Origin: Takakia lepidozioides
Taxonomy: Eukaryota > Plantae > Bryophyta
Direction of reading: 5' to 3'
Length of the DNA stretch: 64,000 bases
NCBI GenBank assembly: GCA_030704615.1
Contig: CM060734.1
Coordinates: forward strand, 18,538,001 to 18,602,000
Notes under the pieces: generated by a model
What the model was told of the DNA's origin: nothing
Databases searched by the model: none
The model's input: the letters and a program-made list of their open reading frames with translations, nothing else
Translations under genes and position numbers: made by a program
Part shown: piece after piece, positions 35,723 to 48,164 of the stretch
Layout: each line of letters opens with the position of its first letter
Position numbering within the stretch: position 1 is the stretch's first letter

Positions 35723-37204
35723 TAAGGTAACGAATCACCTGCTTATGGAGGTTCCTGACTCTTTGAATCCATGACCTCAGTGTCTTAATTTTGTAAACTA
35801 AATCCTATTTTTCATACAATCAGGAAAGTCACGAGAAAAACCTGAATAGGTGGCACAAGTGTCTTTATTTCAGCTTCTGGAAAACATCAGAACTAGTTAG
35901 TTTCTGAATGAATATTTGGTCTTAAGAGAAATCTCCGCCATCCAATTTCTGAAGCCATAGACTGAGATGTCAGAGCCCATTGTGTCGAGAGGCTTGTTTG
36001 AAAACTAAGCTTTTCGAAATTAGACAATAGTGGCAAAATGGGCGGTGAACATTGCCGGCCTGGGAATGGGGGTAGTGTGTAAATGCAAGCACCTGAAGTG
36101 GCTTCATTCAAAGGGTGCAGTGTTAACCTTGTGTAAAGCAAGCACCGCAACAGTGGTCTTTGAGGACTCTCAGCCAGTGATTGCATAGAACTGATCAGCG
36201 GAGAAAATGTAGAGAGCCAAAAACTCATACTCCTCCATCCTTGCAATGTTCATGTGTGTTGATTTGCGGAGCTTAGTCCCTTCTGAGGTCTTATTGAGAA
36301 ACCCACTGTATAGACTCTAACGAACAGCCCAAGGAGACCAGAAGGCGTCACCACCCCATGTTATGAGAATTTATAGCACCTTAGGGGTGACATCTCACAG
36401 TTTGTCAATACCAGTCATGCCAAAAGGCCTGGAAAATCCCGTTGGGCATGACATATGTCCATAGCACTGCCTCTCTGCAGACATGTAATAAAGTCCATTG
36501 ATTTATTCATAGAGAGCTGCATAAGCCTGTTCGCTTCCCTTGCAGAAACATTTTCATGAACTTAAGACTCATTATGATGGTAGAATGTGAAGGAAATGAA
36601 TATTTTCTTCTACTGAAAGAAATTTTTTATGGCAAGTTAGCTGCTACAGCAACAACTTTCACTTTCAGTGAATGACTTTACAGGAGTAATGTGGTGTGTT
36701 CTTTTACGGGAAATTGTTTTGGCAAGTTGATGGCTACTGTGACAACTTTCACTTCAGTGAATGTCTACAGGGAATGTTTGTGCTTTTCTAGCCACATGAT
36801 CCCGTCATTCTCTGAAATGTTTGCAACGCTGAGATTATGACCAACATTGTGTAGGGTTCTAAAGGTGAAATCTCTTTGCTAGTGATCGACTGAAGAAGAT
36901 CTGGATTTGTAGTCTGCTTTAATGCATGCACACCATGTTGACGTGGTAATATGCTAACTCCTGAAATTTGAGCTACACCCAATTCAGTCCCAATCTGCCT
37001 TGTAATATCTGTTTTTGCATTGTTGGCAATGAAGGGTGATCTGAAATAAAAATACTAATACACCCCTATGTGCCCTTCATGTGACTACCAACATACCCCT
37101 GCCATACTGTAGGTGCTTGATCCGCACGAAGGACATGAATGCAACTATCTCAAATATTTGGATCCTACACTGTTTTTCACTCTTGGACTGCAAAATCTGC
37201 ACCT

Positions 37205-38650
37205 CTGGCTACCTTATTCTAGCCATGTATGAAAATTGAAGATCAATATATGAATCGAGACATTTGTTTTGTTTTGTTTGTTTGTTTGTAGCGTCATTGA
37301 GATCTCCCAAACCGCGGGGGCCCAGCCCTGGTGCTTGGTACCGTTGGAAAGCCCTCGAGGAAGAGGGGTGCATTGGGTTGGTCTCATAATTTTTGGACCT
37401 GCGGTGTGGGAGATGTTGAATTTCAAGTACTTTTGGTCGCTGGAAATTTGGGAAAAATAGCAAAGTGGACTTTCGTGGAGCAGTGATTGGCCCTTCACGT
37501 GGGAGATGTGGAATTTCAAGTGCTTTGGGTGCCTGGGTCGCCAGAAATTCGGGAAAAATAGCAAAGTGGATATATCAATACATTAAGCCTCGACATAGGA
37601 GATTGCAAAAAATAGCAAAGTGGGCAATGATATAGAGATCTCCCAAATTGTAGGTCTTTGGATACATTGGGGATTGCAGCAGACAAATGGAGGTTCCACT
37701 TGGGCCTCTACATGGGAGATGTACTTGGATACATGAATAGAAGATTGCACTTGGGCTTAGATTTCAATTTTTCACACATGGGCCAAAGGCATAGGCTACA
37801 CTAGAGGTCGCACTTTGGCCTCACATAGGAGAGGCACTTTGAGCAAATTGCATATGGGCTTAGATGGAATTTTGAGTACTTTCGGTTGCTGGAAATTCGC
37901 GAAAAATAGCAAAGTGGGCTTTCCTGGAGCAATGATTGGCTCTTTACGTGGGAGATTTGGAATTTCAAGTGCTTTTGGTCACTGGAAATTCGCGAAAAAT
38001 AACAAAGTGGATATATCAATATATGAAGCCTCGACAGGGGATATTGCAAAAATAGCAAAGTGGGCTTTGGGATTGCACTTGGACTTAGGTGACATTGGAC
38101 ACTGGAGGTCACACTGGGCCTCTACATAGGAGGGCACGCGAAGCAACAATAGTCCGCCTTGACAAGCATGAATCCACACACAAGTGGCGCCGGCGGATCC
38201 AAGGGTTTTATCTTGCGATTTGTAAGTCGTACTTCCCTATGGATTTGACTTTAATTTGTGGCATGTGTAGTAGCGCGCGTTTGAGAGAAGCCATCTCCGG
38301 TAGAGTACAACTACGCCAATGAGCATGGTTGGCAATCCCTCATGAAGAACATGGCCAACACGGAGGGGATGAGTGCACTACATGGCACTAGTATGGATGA
38401 GGTCGGGGTCATGGCCAGGGATAGGATGAGAGCTCTGTGGGACTTAGGGAACGCCGCCTCCTTATACACTTAGATACATAGGAGATTGCTCTTGGGCTTA
38501 GATGAAAGTTGGCACACTTGGGACAACGGCACAAGCTACCCGAGAGGTCGCACGGGGACCTAAACATGGGAGACGCACTTGATACATAGGAGTTTGCACT
38601 TGGGCTTAGATGACACTGGACACTTGGGCCAACGGCACAGGCTACCCTAG
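37205..38650 (+). mobile_element. Non-autonomous Helitron-like repeat with internal tandem units
   Basis: Ends GGGCCAACGGCACAGGCTACCCTAG|T, a Helitron-type 3' end. It contains repeated AAAATAGCAAAGTGG and CACTTGGGCTTAGA units and a GTTT microsatellite near the 5' end. Confidence 0.55.
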
Positions 38651-39899
38651 TCTATACTACTAGACGACGACGAATCATGTTCTTTAACACATCCTTTACC
38701 TTCACCTTCATTGCATTTTGCGGAATTGGAATTTTATTACTTTTTCGTGAGCAGAGAAAAGTTTCGGCAATGAGGGGAAAAGTTCACAGAGAAAAGTTTC
38801 TGCAACCTCAACCTGAGGGGAAAAGTTCACAATGGATGTTGACCATAATCTCATATATTTTGTAATGTACATGCTTTTCTCTTCACCTCCTTTGTCGTGA
38901 TCTGGAGGGACCCACAAGTTCAACTTTTTTGCATCTTTTGCACTTTGCCACCCTTTTGGTTTTGGAGAAAAGTTGGGTGTGAATGTGTGAATTAGGTAGA
39001 GGATCCAAATCTTGTCAACTTGATAATTTAATTGTCAACTTGATAATTCAATGATAATTTATTTTCTGTATTTTATACTACATCATAGACAAGTGATTAG
39101 TCTAGGCATACAATACATAGGACAAGGTCAGATAGAGAGCCTACAACGGAGAGTCTTGCAAACATAATGGAACAACAACATCTGGATCTGCTGCCATTGG
39201 AAGGTAGAAGTTCTCAAGAGAGTCAAGAGACATCATAATTTACGCTTGCTCTATAACGCATCCACATTTTTTTCCCTTAACATCTACAAGGATTTGATAT
39301 ATTTTTTGCTTTGTAGCAAGACACGTCTTAAGGTTGGGAGGATAAGTTGCTCAGACATTGGTGAGTTGTTTGAACACATATTATAAAAGGTTCGATATAG
39401 AACCAAGATCAAATGATATATCCTTTCAACTCATCAATTCCAGCATGTAATGCATTCACGCATATTCCCACTTGAATGGATTCTCTTATCGACGTAGGTG
39501 GGACCTACTTGGAGGGGTTGCACATCACCAACATGTGCATGTCGCATACATCCCCTGGGATAGAGTGTCGAGATTATAGAGTGTCAAGATTTTCTTGTTG
39601 GTGAGGCAAATCATCGAGTCTTAGCTGGCCACAAACTACAAGACGTCCTTAGACCAACCTTTCATACTATTTTGGATCATTGCATTTCTAATGACTCTAA
39701 TATTACATACGTCAAGTATTTGAGAGGGGAATTAGCCAATAGATGGTTATATTAGTAGTAAGGTTTCATGTTATAATATTTCAGCCCCTACCCACCATTT
39801 CATGGACGTAAATGAGTTCTCAAATATTTAAATAAAACTTTGATTATGTATGACATGATACTAGAGGTCACATGACAAGTTTATATAATAGTCTTAAAT

Positions 39900-41040
39900 A
39901 GTAAGCTCTCAAATCTGAAAATTAATAGTCTGAGCTATTATTTACAAAGATTATTTGTTTTGTCTATGATGTAGTATAAAATACAGAAAATAAATTATCA
40001 TTCATATGTATAATATGAGATATAGATTACATATATTAGCATTTATATGTATAATGATATATCATGACTACTAGCAAGAGACGTACTCCATCTATTCATA
40101 TAATCTTCAGTAAGTTCTACAATCAGATAACTGTTAGTGATTTGATTTACAGGATTATTTTATTTATCCATGAAAAAATAAGGATAAAGAAAATAATTTA
40201 TCATTCATATGTATAATGATATATCATTACTAACGATAGACATCCACCTATTCAAATAATCTTAAATAGTTCTAAAATCTGAAAACTGATAGAGATTTGA
40301 CTTACAAAGATTAATATTTTCTAAAGTAATATAAGTGGCATGAGTCTTTTAAAGATTCTTCACGATTGGGACAACAGCAATCGCAAGGTTATAGAAACTG
40401 TATTATCATTCATATGTACAATATTAAGATGTATATTAGCATTCATATGTATAATGGTCAAGAGACATCCACCGATTATTTTATTTGTCCATGAAGTAAT
40501 CTAGGATATAGAAAATATATTATTATTAAGAAGAGATATCATATATATATATATATATTAGCATTCATATGTATAATGATAAATACAAACGTTCCGTGAG
40601 AGAGACATCCACCTATTCAAATATTCTAATTAAATTCTAAAATCAGAAAAGTGATAGAGAGTTTACTTACAGAGATTATTAAATTTGTCCATGAAGTACT
40701 ATAAGATATATAAACAAGCGGCTAGTCGCGAATGGCTCCTCTTTGTGAATAGCGAAATCTACTTTCATCCATAATAAATCTGAAAATTTATCCATTTATT
40801 CTTCATAAATTGTTCAATAAGAGAGATGTTACCTGAGGGAGGTGTTACCTGGAGGTGAGTACATAGTTTTCTCAACAAAGGAGAGGAGGTGAGACCTCGG
40901 GAAGGCACAACAGGGGCTTAGCGATTTTTGAGTAGTCTCCTCTTTGGAATAAAGAGGAGCCAATAAATGTTACAATTCATATGTATAATATGAGAGATAA
41001 ATTAAACATATTAGCATTCATATGTATGATGAGATATAAA
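39900..41040. repeat. AT-rich degenerate tandem repeat (CATTCATATGTATAAT / GAGACATCCACC units)
   Basis: The motifs recur many times between 39.9 and 41.0 kb. Confidence 0.7.
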
Positions 41041-42731
41041 TTGTAGGAATATATTAATATTTTATTTTTTTAAAGATTATACATAGTGGAGGATCAGTGA
41101 AGAGACACATAATATGGGTTTCCTTCAAGAGGCATGTGAAGGTTGGATTCCTCCCCTTGCTTTTGGGCTGGATGAATGATCTGGATGAATGATTCGCGGA
41201 TGGAGCTGCACGAGCTATGATGTTTCTACGCTAGCATGAGCTGTCACAGCTAAGCCATATTAAGATAAGCTTGTCTTTTAGTTAACAGCTAATTTAGGAT
41301 CAGGGTCATCTTATGTGGCCACTTATGTGTGATGGCAGTAGTTCGTAATCTGGCTGGACAATGGCAGCACAGACACCTGTATTCGTGATTAGCCGATTGG
41401 CATCTCTATTTATACGGAACCCTGGGTCTCTCAGGGGGTGGTTGATTTTGGATCTCATGAGTTGTACGAGCTGGTTGTGAGAAAGATTGCATGTGGTTGG
41501 ATGAAAAGTAGTGACAGTGTGTGACACTTGAACAGATTCTTCCCTGTCTAGCGAGCGCTGCCCTATAGAGCATACAACCCCAGTATAGGTAATTTCCCGG
41601 AATAATCGCACGACCCCGGAATCAAGGTGGAGATGGGGGGCATTGCGAGAATTCATCTCTGCTAATGGATGAGGTTTGATCATTGTTGTAACTGTTTTGG
41701 TAGGAGAATCAGGGTACAGGTGCGAAGGACAGGCACCATGGCGGCGCCCCGGGCTCACTGTTTGCTGCAAATTGTCTCTACTCTACGCGAGCTCACAGGT
41801 TGTGTTTGTGCTGCACGCCATGGCCGCTCCTTCTAGCTCTCAAACTATTCTTCCAGAAGTCACGCCTGAGCTGAACTTTGAGTTGACATTTCTGCATGAA
41901 CTGCGTGCCCGTTTAAGTGAAGATATCTGTAAGTACGCCCCTTTTGATTCAAGTGCAACTTGGGCGAGGGAAGAGATTGTGTTAGAAACTCCCTCGGACC
42001 ATTGGGTCGCTCAATTTGAGGCTGAGGCTGCGGAGGAGGCTGCAAAGGTGGTAACGACGGCAGCCCAGAAAAGGGAACAGAAACGAAAAGTGGAACAAGC
42101 TCTCCAAGGGGCCTGGGCGGGGAAACTTTTGCAAGTTGAATGCGGAAGAGATTGCCAAGAGGATTCCTTTTGCGGTGCTCAAAGAGTGCATGCGAGCGGG
42201 TGTTTAGCTTGGCAGAAGTTGGAGTGCCCAAGTTTACGGTGTCTCGTGAGATTGGCCGTGATCTGGAAAGTTTTGTACACCCTCACAAGCCCAGCCCTCT
42301 CCGACTATGGGAATTCATTAAAGGTGGCACGGCAATTGTTTTTGCCAATTTGTGCTCCACCAGCACTAGGGCACCTGATCCTACTTGGGAAGAGGTCGTG
42401 GCGGGTGTTCTTGCCCAGCGTTCCCTCATTCTGCTGAGGACATAGTCATCTTTCCTGGCCAGAGTTTCAAACATGAGCGCATAGGGCTCACACAAGTGGC
42501 AGAGGCGGCTGAGTACCCTCCTCACACCTTGATTATCAAGGAAAGTGTTGTGCGTACTGTGGTGAAGGTCTCCTTCTGGCTCAAGTCTGTCCGAGAAGTG
42601 TGGCAGCAGTTGGGCGAAGCAGTCTACCTTTTGCCCAAGCATAAGTATATCAGCAGCCACTGTGTGGCCAACTGGGAAGATTACGTCCAGGCACCTTTTG
42701 ATAGAAGGTAAACCCAGCTAAAACCCCTCAC

Positions 42732-43820
42732 ATGCCAGTCTACACTAGGTCCATGTTGGACAAGGAGGCGGAAGAGATGGTAGCTGGTTTGAGTGAGTTA
42801 GAAGCTCGCAGAGAGAGAGAGATGGCTGCCGAACAGACCGCGGGCACGCAAGGTGAAGCTTCCACTGGTAATGTGAAATCTGACAAAGACAATATTCTAC
42901 CAGACTCAGCACTAGATGTGGAAGGGTTGTGTGAAAAAATGGGTGTAGTGTCAAATTGTCCACCTCTAATGAAGATGTTAATTCAACAACACACCCCGGT
43001 GACTGCTAACAACAAAACAATTGATTTTGCTGACAAGATGCACAAGCAGCCTTACCCGGATTTTAACCTGGGAGATGATTTTGAGTCCTTTCTAGAGTTT
43101 TTTGATATCAGTAGAGAGATCAATGTTGTACCCTCTCGATTTGTTGTCAAGGCTTTTCGTGTTTGTTTGAAAGATGAGGCTGGCAAGATTTTTGAGTCCA
43201 GTATCAAGGGCAAGAGTGAGTTGACATGGGATGAGGCTCGCGAACTGGCAGGGCGGTTATTCCATGAAGCCAAGCCCATATCCTATACTGTCCCCGAACT
43301 GACTTTTGTTCCTCGTGACAATTTGTGGAAATATTACACTGATCTACGAGTGGCGGTATGTAAGGCCGTTGATGACCCCTCTGAACGATCTGCTATACTG
43401 AAACATTGTTTCATCAAGGCCGGTTTGCCGCCAGCAGAGAGAGTCTTTTTACAGAAACAAACTTTATCATCATGAGGACGAGATGGTGGGTCTTTTGGAA
43501 GAGAGGCTTAGATTAAAGGCTGCCAAGACAGGCGTGGTTCGTCCTGCTACTACCAAGGCCACTCACTGCTTGGCCAACACTTGTGGTACTAACAATGCAG
43601 CTGTGCATGTCAGCATGAAGGGGGTAAGCCTTGCGCAGATGACCTTATGTCTGCCCTTGTCCAAGAGCTTCACATCAGACCCTAACCCTCAGGGTAGCAA
43701 ACCTAGTGGCTTTCGGGCCAAAACCCAAACGGGGTCGAGGTATGTGAATAAACCCCTCGTTACCTGCCTGTATGATCTGAAAGTCCACTGAACACTACAC
43801 GTGTTGGTGCCCATTCATGT
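42732..43820 (+). pseudogene. gag: gag
   Basis: A 247-aa ORF (FNLGDDFESFLEFF..LKDEAGKIF..TWDE) plus a frameshifted continuation, directly upstream of the protease. Confidence 0.7.
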
Positions 43821-43999
43821 CAGACTTGCCTGCTATGATTGAGCAAATTAAGAGAGAAGAGAAAGGGGGTTTAAACGAACAAGGTCGTCTGTGAGGGTGC
43901 CAGACGATCATCTCCCGAGCCCTAAGTCTATGGTAAGTGCAGTGCTTTCTCGAGACTTTCAATTATTACATTGTGAAGTACCTCGCAGGATGCTCCTGA

Positions 44000-46900
44000 G
44001 TCCAACAAGACCCGCAGTGGCCGGTAATTATTGATACAGGCTGCACTATGTCTGCTATTCCACTTAGTGTTGTCCGTGTGCTAGGGCTCAAGCTGCAATC
44101 TGCTCATGGCCTGGAAGTTACTATTGCTGATGGCACAGCTATGAGCCCCTTGGTTTGGTCACGCTCCCAATTCGGATCAGCGGCCAAACAATCACTCTTA
44201 CTTGCATTGTGTCACTAGGAGAACAGTTTTTGCTTGGATTAGATTGGATGAAGGAGGCCGGAGCTAGTATAAATCTGTTGGACAGTACCATGTGTCTTCA
44301 TAACAACGCAGGCAACCCTTACAAGGTAAGCCTTGCCCCAATTTCCCTTGCGATCGGCACTTCTATGGCAAACTTTGCTAAGTTGAAACTGCAGGCTGCC
44401 AGCATGCGAGAACAAGTAGGCCTGCATTACAACTGGTCCAGGTATAGTCAATACGAAGCTGCTGATGGTTGTTTGTATCTAAACCTATAGTTCCAATAGG
44501 GTTAGCATTTGTGTGCCCTAAAGGTCATTTCTTAGAAGTGGAACGGTGGAAAAAGCTCACATTGCAAAAACACTGCTTGGTCGCAGCTGGGGTCATAGAC
44601 CGTGGCTTTAAGGGTGAAGTCCGTCTCCTGATTGCTAACCCAGAATGTATTCTGGTGACTGTGCAGAAGGGACAGGTGCTGGCACGTCTGACTGCAGTCC
44701 CTATCTCCGACCTAGCCTCTGTGCAAACTGCCTTATCTCTTCATGACATAGGACTTGTGGACTCTCCCGTTGATCAATTACAAGCTTTTGCTGCTCACAC
44801 AAGTCCCACTACTTGCCCAACTCTTACACCTGCCCAGGAAGCTCACTTCCAGCAGGTCCTCCTGGATATCAAGGTAGGTGATCATCTCACTCCTGCCCAG
44901 AAGAGTGACCTTCATGCTTTCATTCGCAACAACTTGGATGTCTTCAGCCAAGGACCCCTGACTTAGGCAAAACCGATATTCTTCAGCATGACATTGTCAC
45001 GGATGGCAAACCCATCAAATAATATGCCTATCGGGAGAGTGTTCGTGAGCGCCAAGTGATTCAAACTGAGATCTCCCAAATGCTTGACGCAGGTGTGATC
45101 ACTCCCTCTATCTCCCCTTGGGCAAGTCCGATTGTTTTGGTTGGCAAAAAAGATGGATCCACCAGATTCTGTGTCGATTTCCGTCGTTTGAATGCCATCA
45201 CTAAGCGTGATGTTTATCCATTATTTCTTATTAATGAGACCCTAGACCAACTCAATGGTGCTACCATCTTCTCTTCGTTAGATTTAGCAGCTGGATTTTG
45301 GCAGGTCTCGTTGACTGTTGCGGCCAAAGAGAAGACAGCTTTCACCTGTCGCATGGGCATGTACCAATTTGAGACCATGCCGTTTGGCTTGTGCAATGCC
45401 ACTACCACTTTTCAAAAGTTAATTAATGTAGTGCTTGGCAACCTGTGCTGGAAATGTGCATTGGTGTACATTGATGATATTAATGTTTATTCTACCATCT
45501 TTGCTGCTCACCTGCTTGATTTGCAACGGGTTGTGTGCAGACTCCGTGCTGCAGGCCTCAAGGTCAAGGCTAAGAAGTGCGATTTTTGCATGGAGTAGCT
45601 GCATTTTCTCGGGCATTTACTGTCTGTAGCAGGCATTAAGCCTGATCCTTGAAAAATCCAGGCTGTGTGGGACTACCCTGTCCCTAAGGATAAGCATTGC
45701 GTCAAGGCCTTCCTTGGCTTAGGCTCCTATTATCGTCGTTTTATCTTTCAATTTGCCAAAATCGTTGCTCCTTTGACTCGTCTGCTATCCAAAGATGTCC
45801 GATTTGTCTGGGGCAAGGTTGAACACTCTGCCTTTGAGAAGTTGAAAATTGCCCTCACTTCTGCCCGTGTTGATATACCCTGATTTCACTAAGCCATTTC
45901 TTTTACAGACTGATGCCAGCGACCTTGCTATCTCTGTTGGACATCCTTAGCCAAGTTCATGATGGCCTTGAATATGCTGTAGCCTATGCGTTTCGCCGCT
46001 TAGATAAACATGAACGTAATTATTCTATAGCTGACAATGAAGTTTCACCTGCTCTAACCGCTGCTGTGTGGCCATGAAGGTACTAAGCATGGATGAACCA
46101 CTCTACGATGCTCTACTCCATAGGTGCAAAGCCGGCACCCACTTAAGTGGCATATCCAAGCTGCTTATGAGGCAAGTCAACTATCACTTACCTACCCACA
46201 GGGAAAGTGAAGGGCGTTTGTTCAAAGTTGATGCTTTGGAAGGCCAATCTGTTGTGGCTCTTCCTACCTTGCTTGAACTTTATCACGCATCTACATATGC
46301 TGGTCATCTGGGGGTTAACAAGACAGTCAAGCGTCTTCAGGAACAATACCATTGGAAGGGTTTAGTTAAGGATGTTTCAGCCTTTATTGCTCGATGCGTA
46401 CCTTGCCATGCTAAAACCATACTGCCTAGAACCGAAGCTCCACTCCCCTTGCAGCCAATCCCTGTTACCGAAGCCTTTGCACGGGTTGGCCTAGATCTAG
46501 TTGGACCCCTTAAACCCACGTCCAAGGGCCATGCATACATTGCTGTTGCTACGGATTACCTGACGAAATGGGTAGAGCTCCGACCCCTGGTTGTTAAGGA
46601 CAGTGAAACTAAACATGCTGTGACTGCTCCCTACAACCCCCAATGCAATGGCTTGACTGAGAGATTTAACCAAACTATGTGTAGAATGCTGGAGAAGAAT
46701 GAGACCCTTATAGATGAGTGGAACATTGCCCTTCCTATTTTGCTGTTTGCCTACCGTACTTCCATTCATGCAAGTACCAAGATATCTCCCTTTGAATTGT
46801 TGTATGGACAAAAGTGTCGTAGCCCCTTACATCTCTTCTAGCTGCAAGTTTCTGCTAGAGAACTTGAAAACTGGGAAGCCTTTTTGCTTTCCATGGATGC

Positions 46901-47200
46901 CAAACGTCGTCAGTTACGAGAAACGGCCAAGTCTAACATTCGCTTTGCTCAAGCCTCCCAGGCTAAGCATTACAATCGCAAGATGGTATATTCTGAATCC
47001 TTCAAAATTGGGCAATCAGTTTGTGTCCATCTTCAGGCTGGTAAGCAAGTTTCGAAAGCTAAGAAGCGCATCGATGGCCCTTATCTTATCACTGACATTT
47101 TACCTGGTAGACAGTATGTTCTTCTTCCACAACATGCCTCTACTCCTTATTTGGCTAGTTCAATTCATGTGTCTCTCTTAGTTCCCTGCACTCTAATGTC
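44000..47200 (+). pseudogene. pol: pol: aspartic protease, dUTPase, RT, RNase H, integrase
   Basis: IIDTGC; AGVIDRGFKGEVRLLIAN; SPWASPIVLV, FCVDFRRLN, MPFGLCNA and YIDD; TDASD; H..GHLG..CVPC, LDLVGPL and NGLTERFN. Multiple stops and frameshifts. Confidence 0.92.
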
Positions 47201-48164
47201 TGACTTGACATGTTTGAATGTGGAAAATAGACATGTGATTTACATCCCTTCTAGGGCTGCACTCTCCCGCTTACAATCAGCTGTCTCAGACTCTTAGTTA
47301 GTGTTTTTCTATTTTCTTCGTGATAGCTTATGGCATCACCTTGTTCCATTCATGGGGTTTTTCCAGCTAGATCTTTTATCCTTCACCCAACTTGCAGCGG
47401 CAAGGTTTCGTTCTACTGGTTTTTTCATCCCATGGGTGCCGGATGCCTAGCCTTTTAGTAATTTTTTTCAGTACCCTTGTTTTCTCTCTCAGCTCGCAGG
47501 AGCTCGCTCACATTAGGGGGGCCAGCAAGCTTCACATATGTGAAGGTTGGATTCCTCCCTACCTTGCTTTTGGGCTGGATGAATGATTCGCGGATGGAGC
47601 TGCATGAGCTATGATGTTTCTACGCTAGCTTGAGCTGTCACAGCTAAGCCATATTAAGATAAGCTTGTCTTTTAGTTAACAACTAGTTTAGGATCAGGAT
47701 CATCCTATGTGGCCACTTATGTGTGATGGCAGTAGTTCGGAATCTGGCTGGCCAATGGCAGCACAGACCACTGTATTCGTGATTAGCCGATTGGCACCTC
47801 TAATTAAACGGAACCCTGGGTCTCTCGGGGGGTGGTTGATTTTGGATCTCATGAGCTGTAGGAGCGGGTTGTGAGAAAGATTGCATGTGGTTGGATGAAA
47901 AGTAGTGACAGTGTGTGACACTTGAAAAGATTCTTCCATGTCTAGCGAGCTTTGCCCTATAGAGCATACAACCCCAGTATAGGTAATTTCCCGGGATAGA
48001 GAGGAGTAATCGCACGCCCCGGAATCAAGCTTCACGGAATCAAGCTTCACAGGCATTATCCTTTTATTTCACATATAGGATAAGAAATGTAATATATATA
48101 TATATATATTCATAGTGAATTTCATAACGATAATATAATAGTCTTGGGGATAAATTTCAATTAA

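Larger units (their letters stand above)
41135..48051 (+). mobile_element. Full-length but decayed Ty3/gypsy LTR retrotransposon with dUTPase
   Basis: LTRs at 41135-41626 and 47539-48051, termini TGTGAAG..CTTCACA, and GGCA on both flanks. PBS-like GGTGGAGATGGGGG and a G-run PPT at ~47516. Domain order is gag-PR-dUTPase-RT-RH-IN. Confidence 0.93.
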
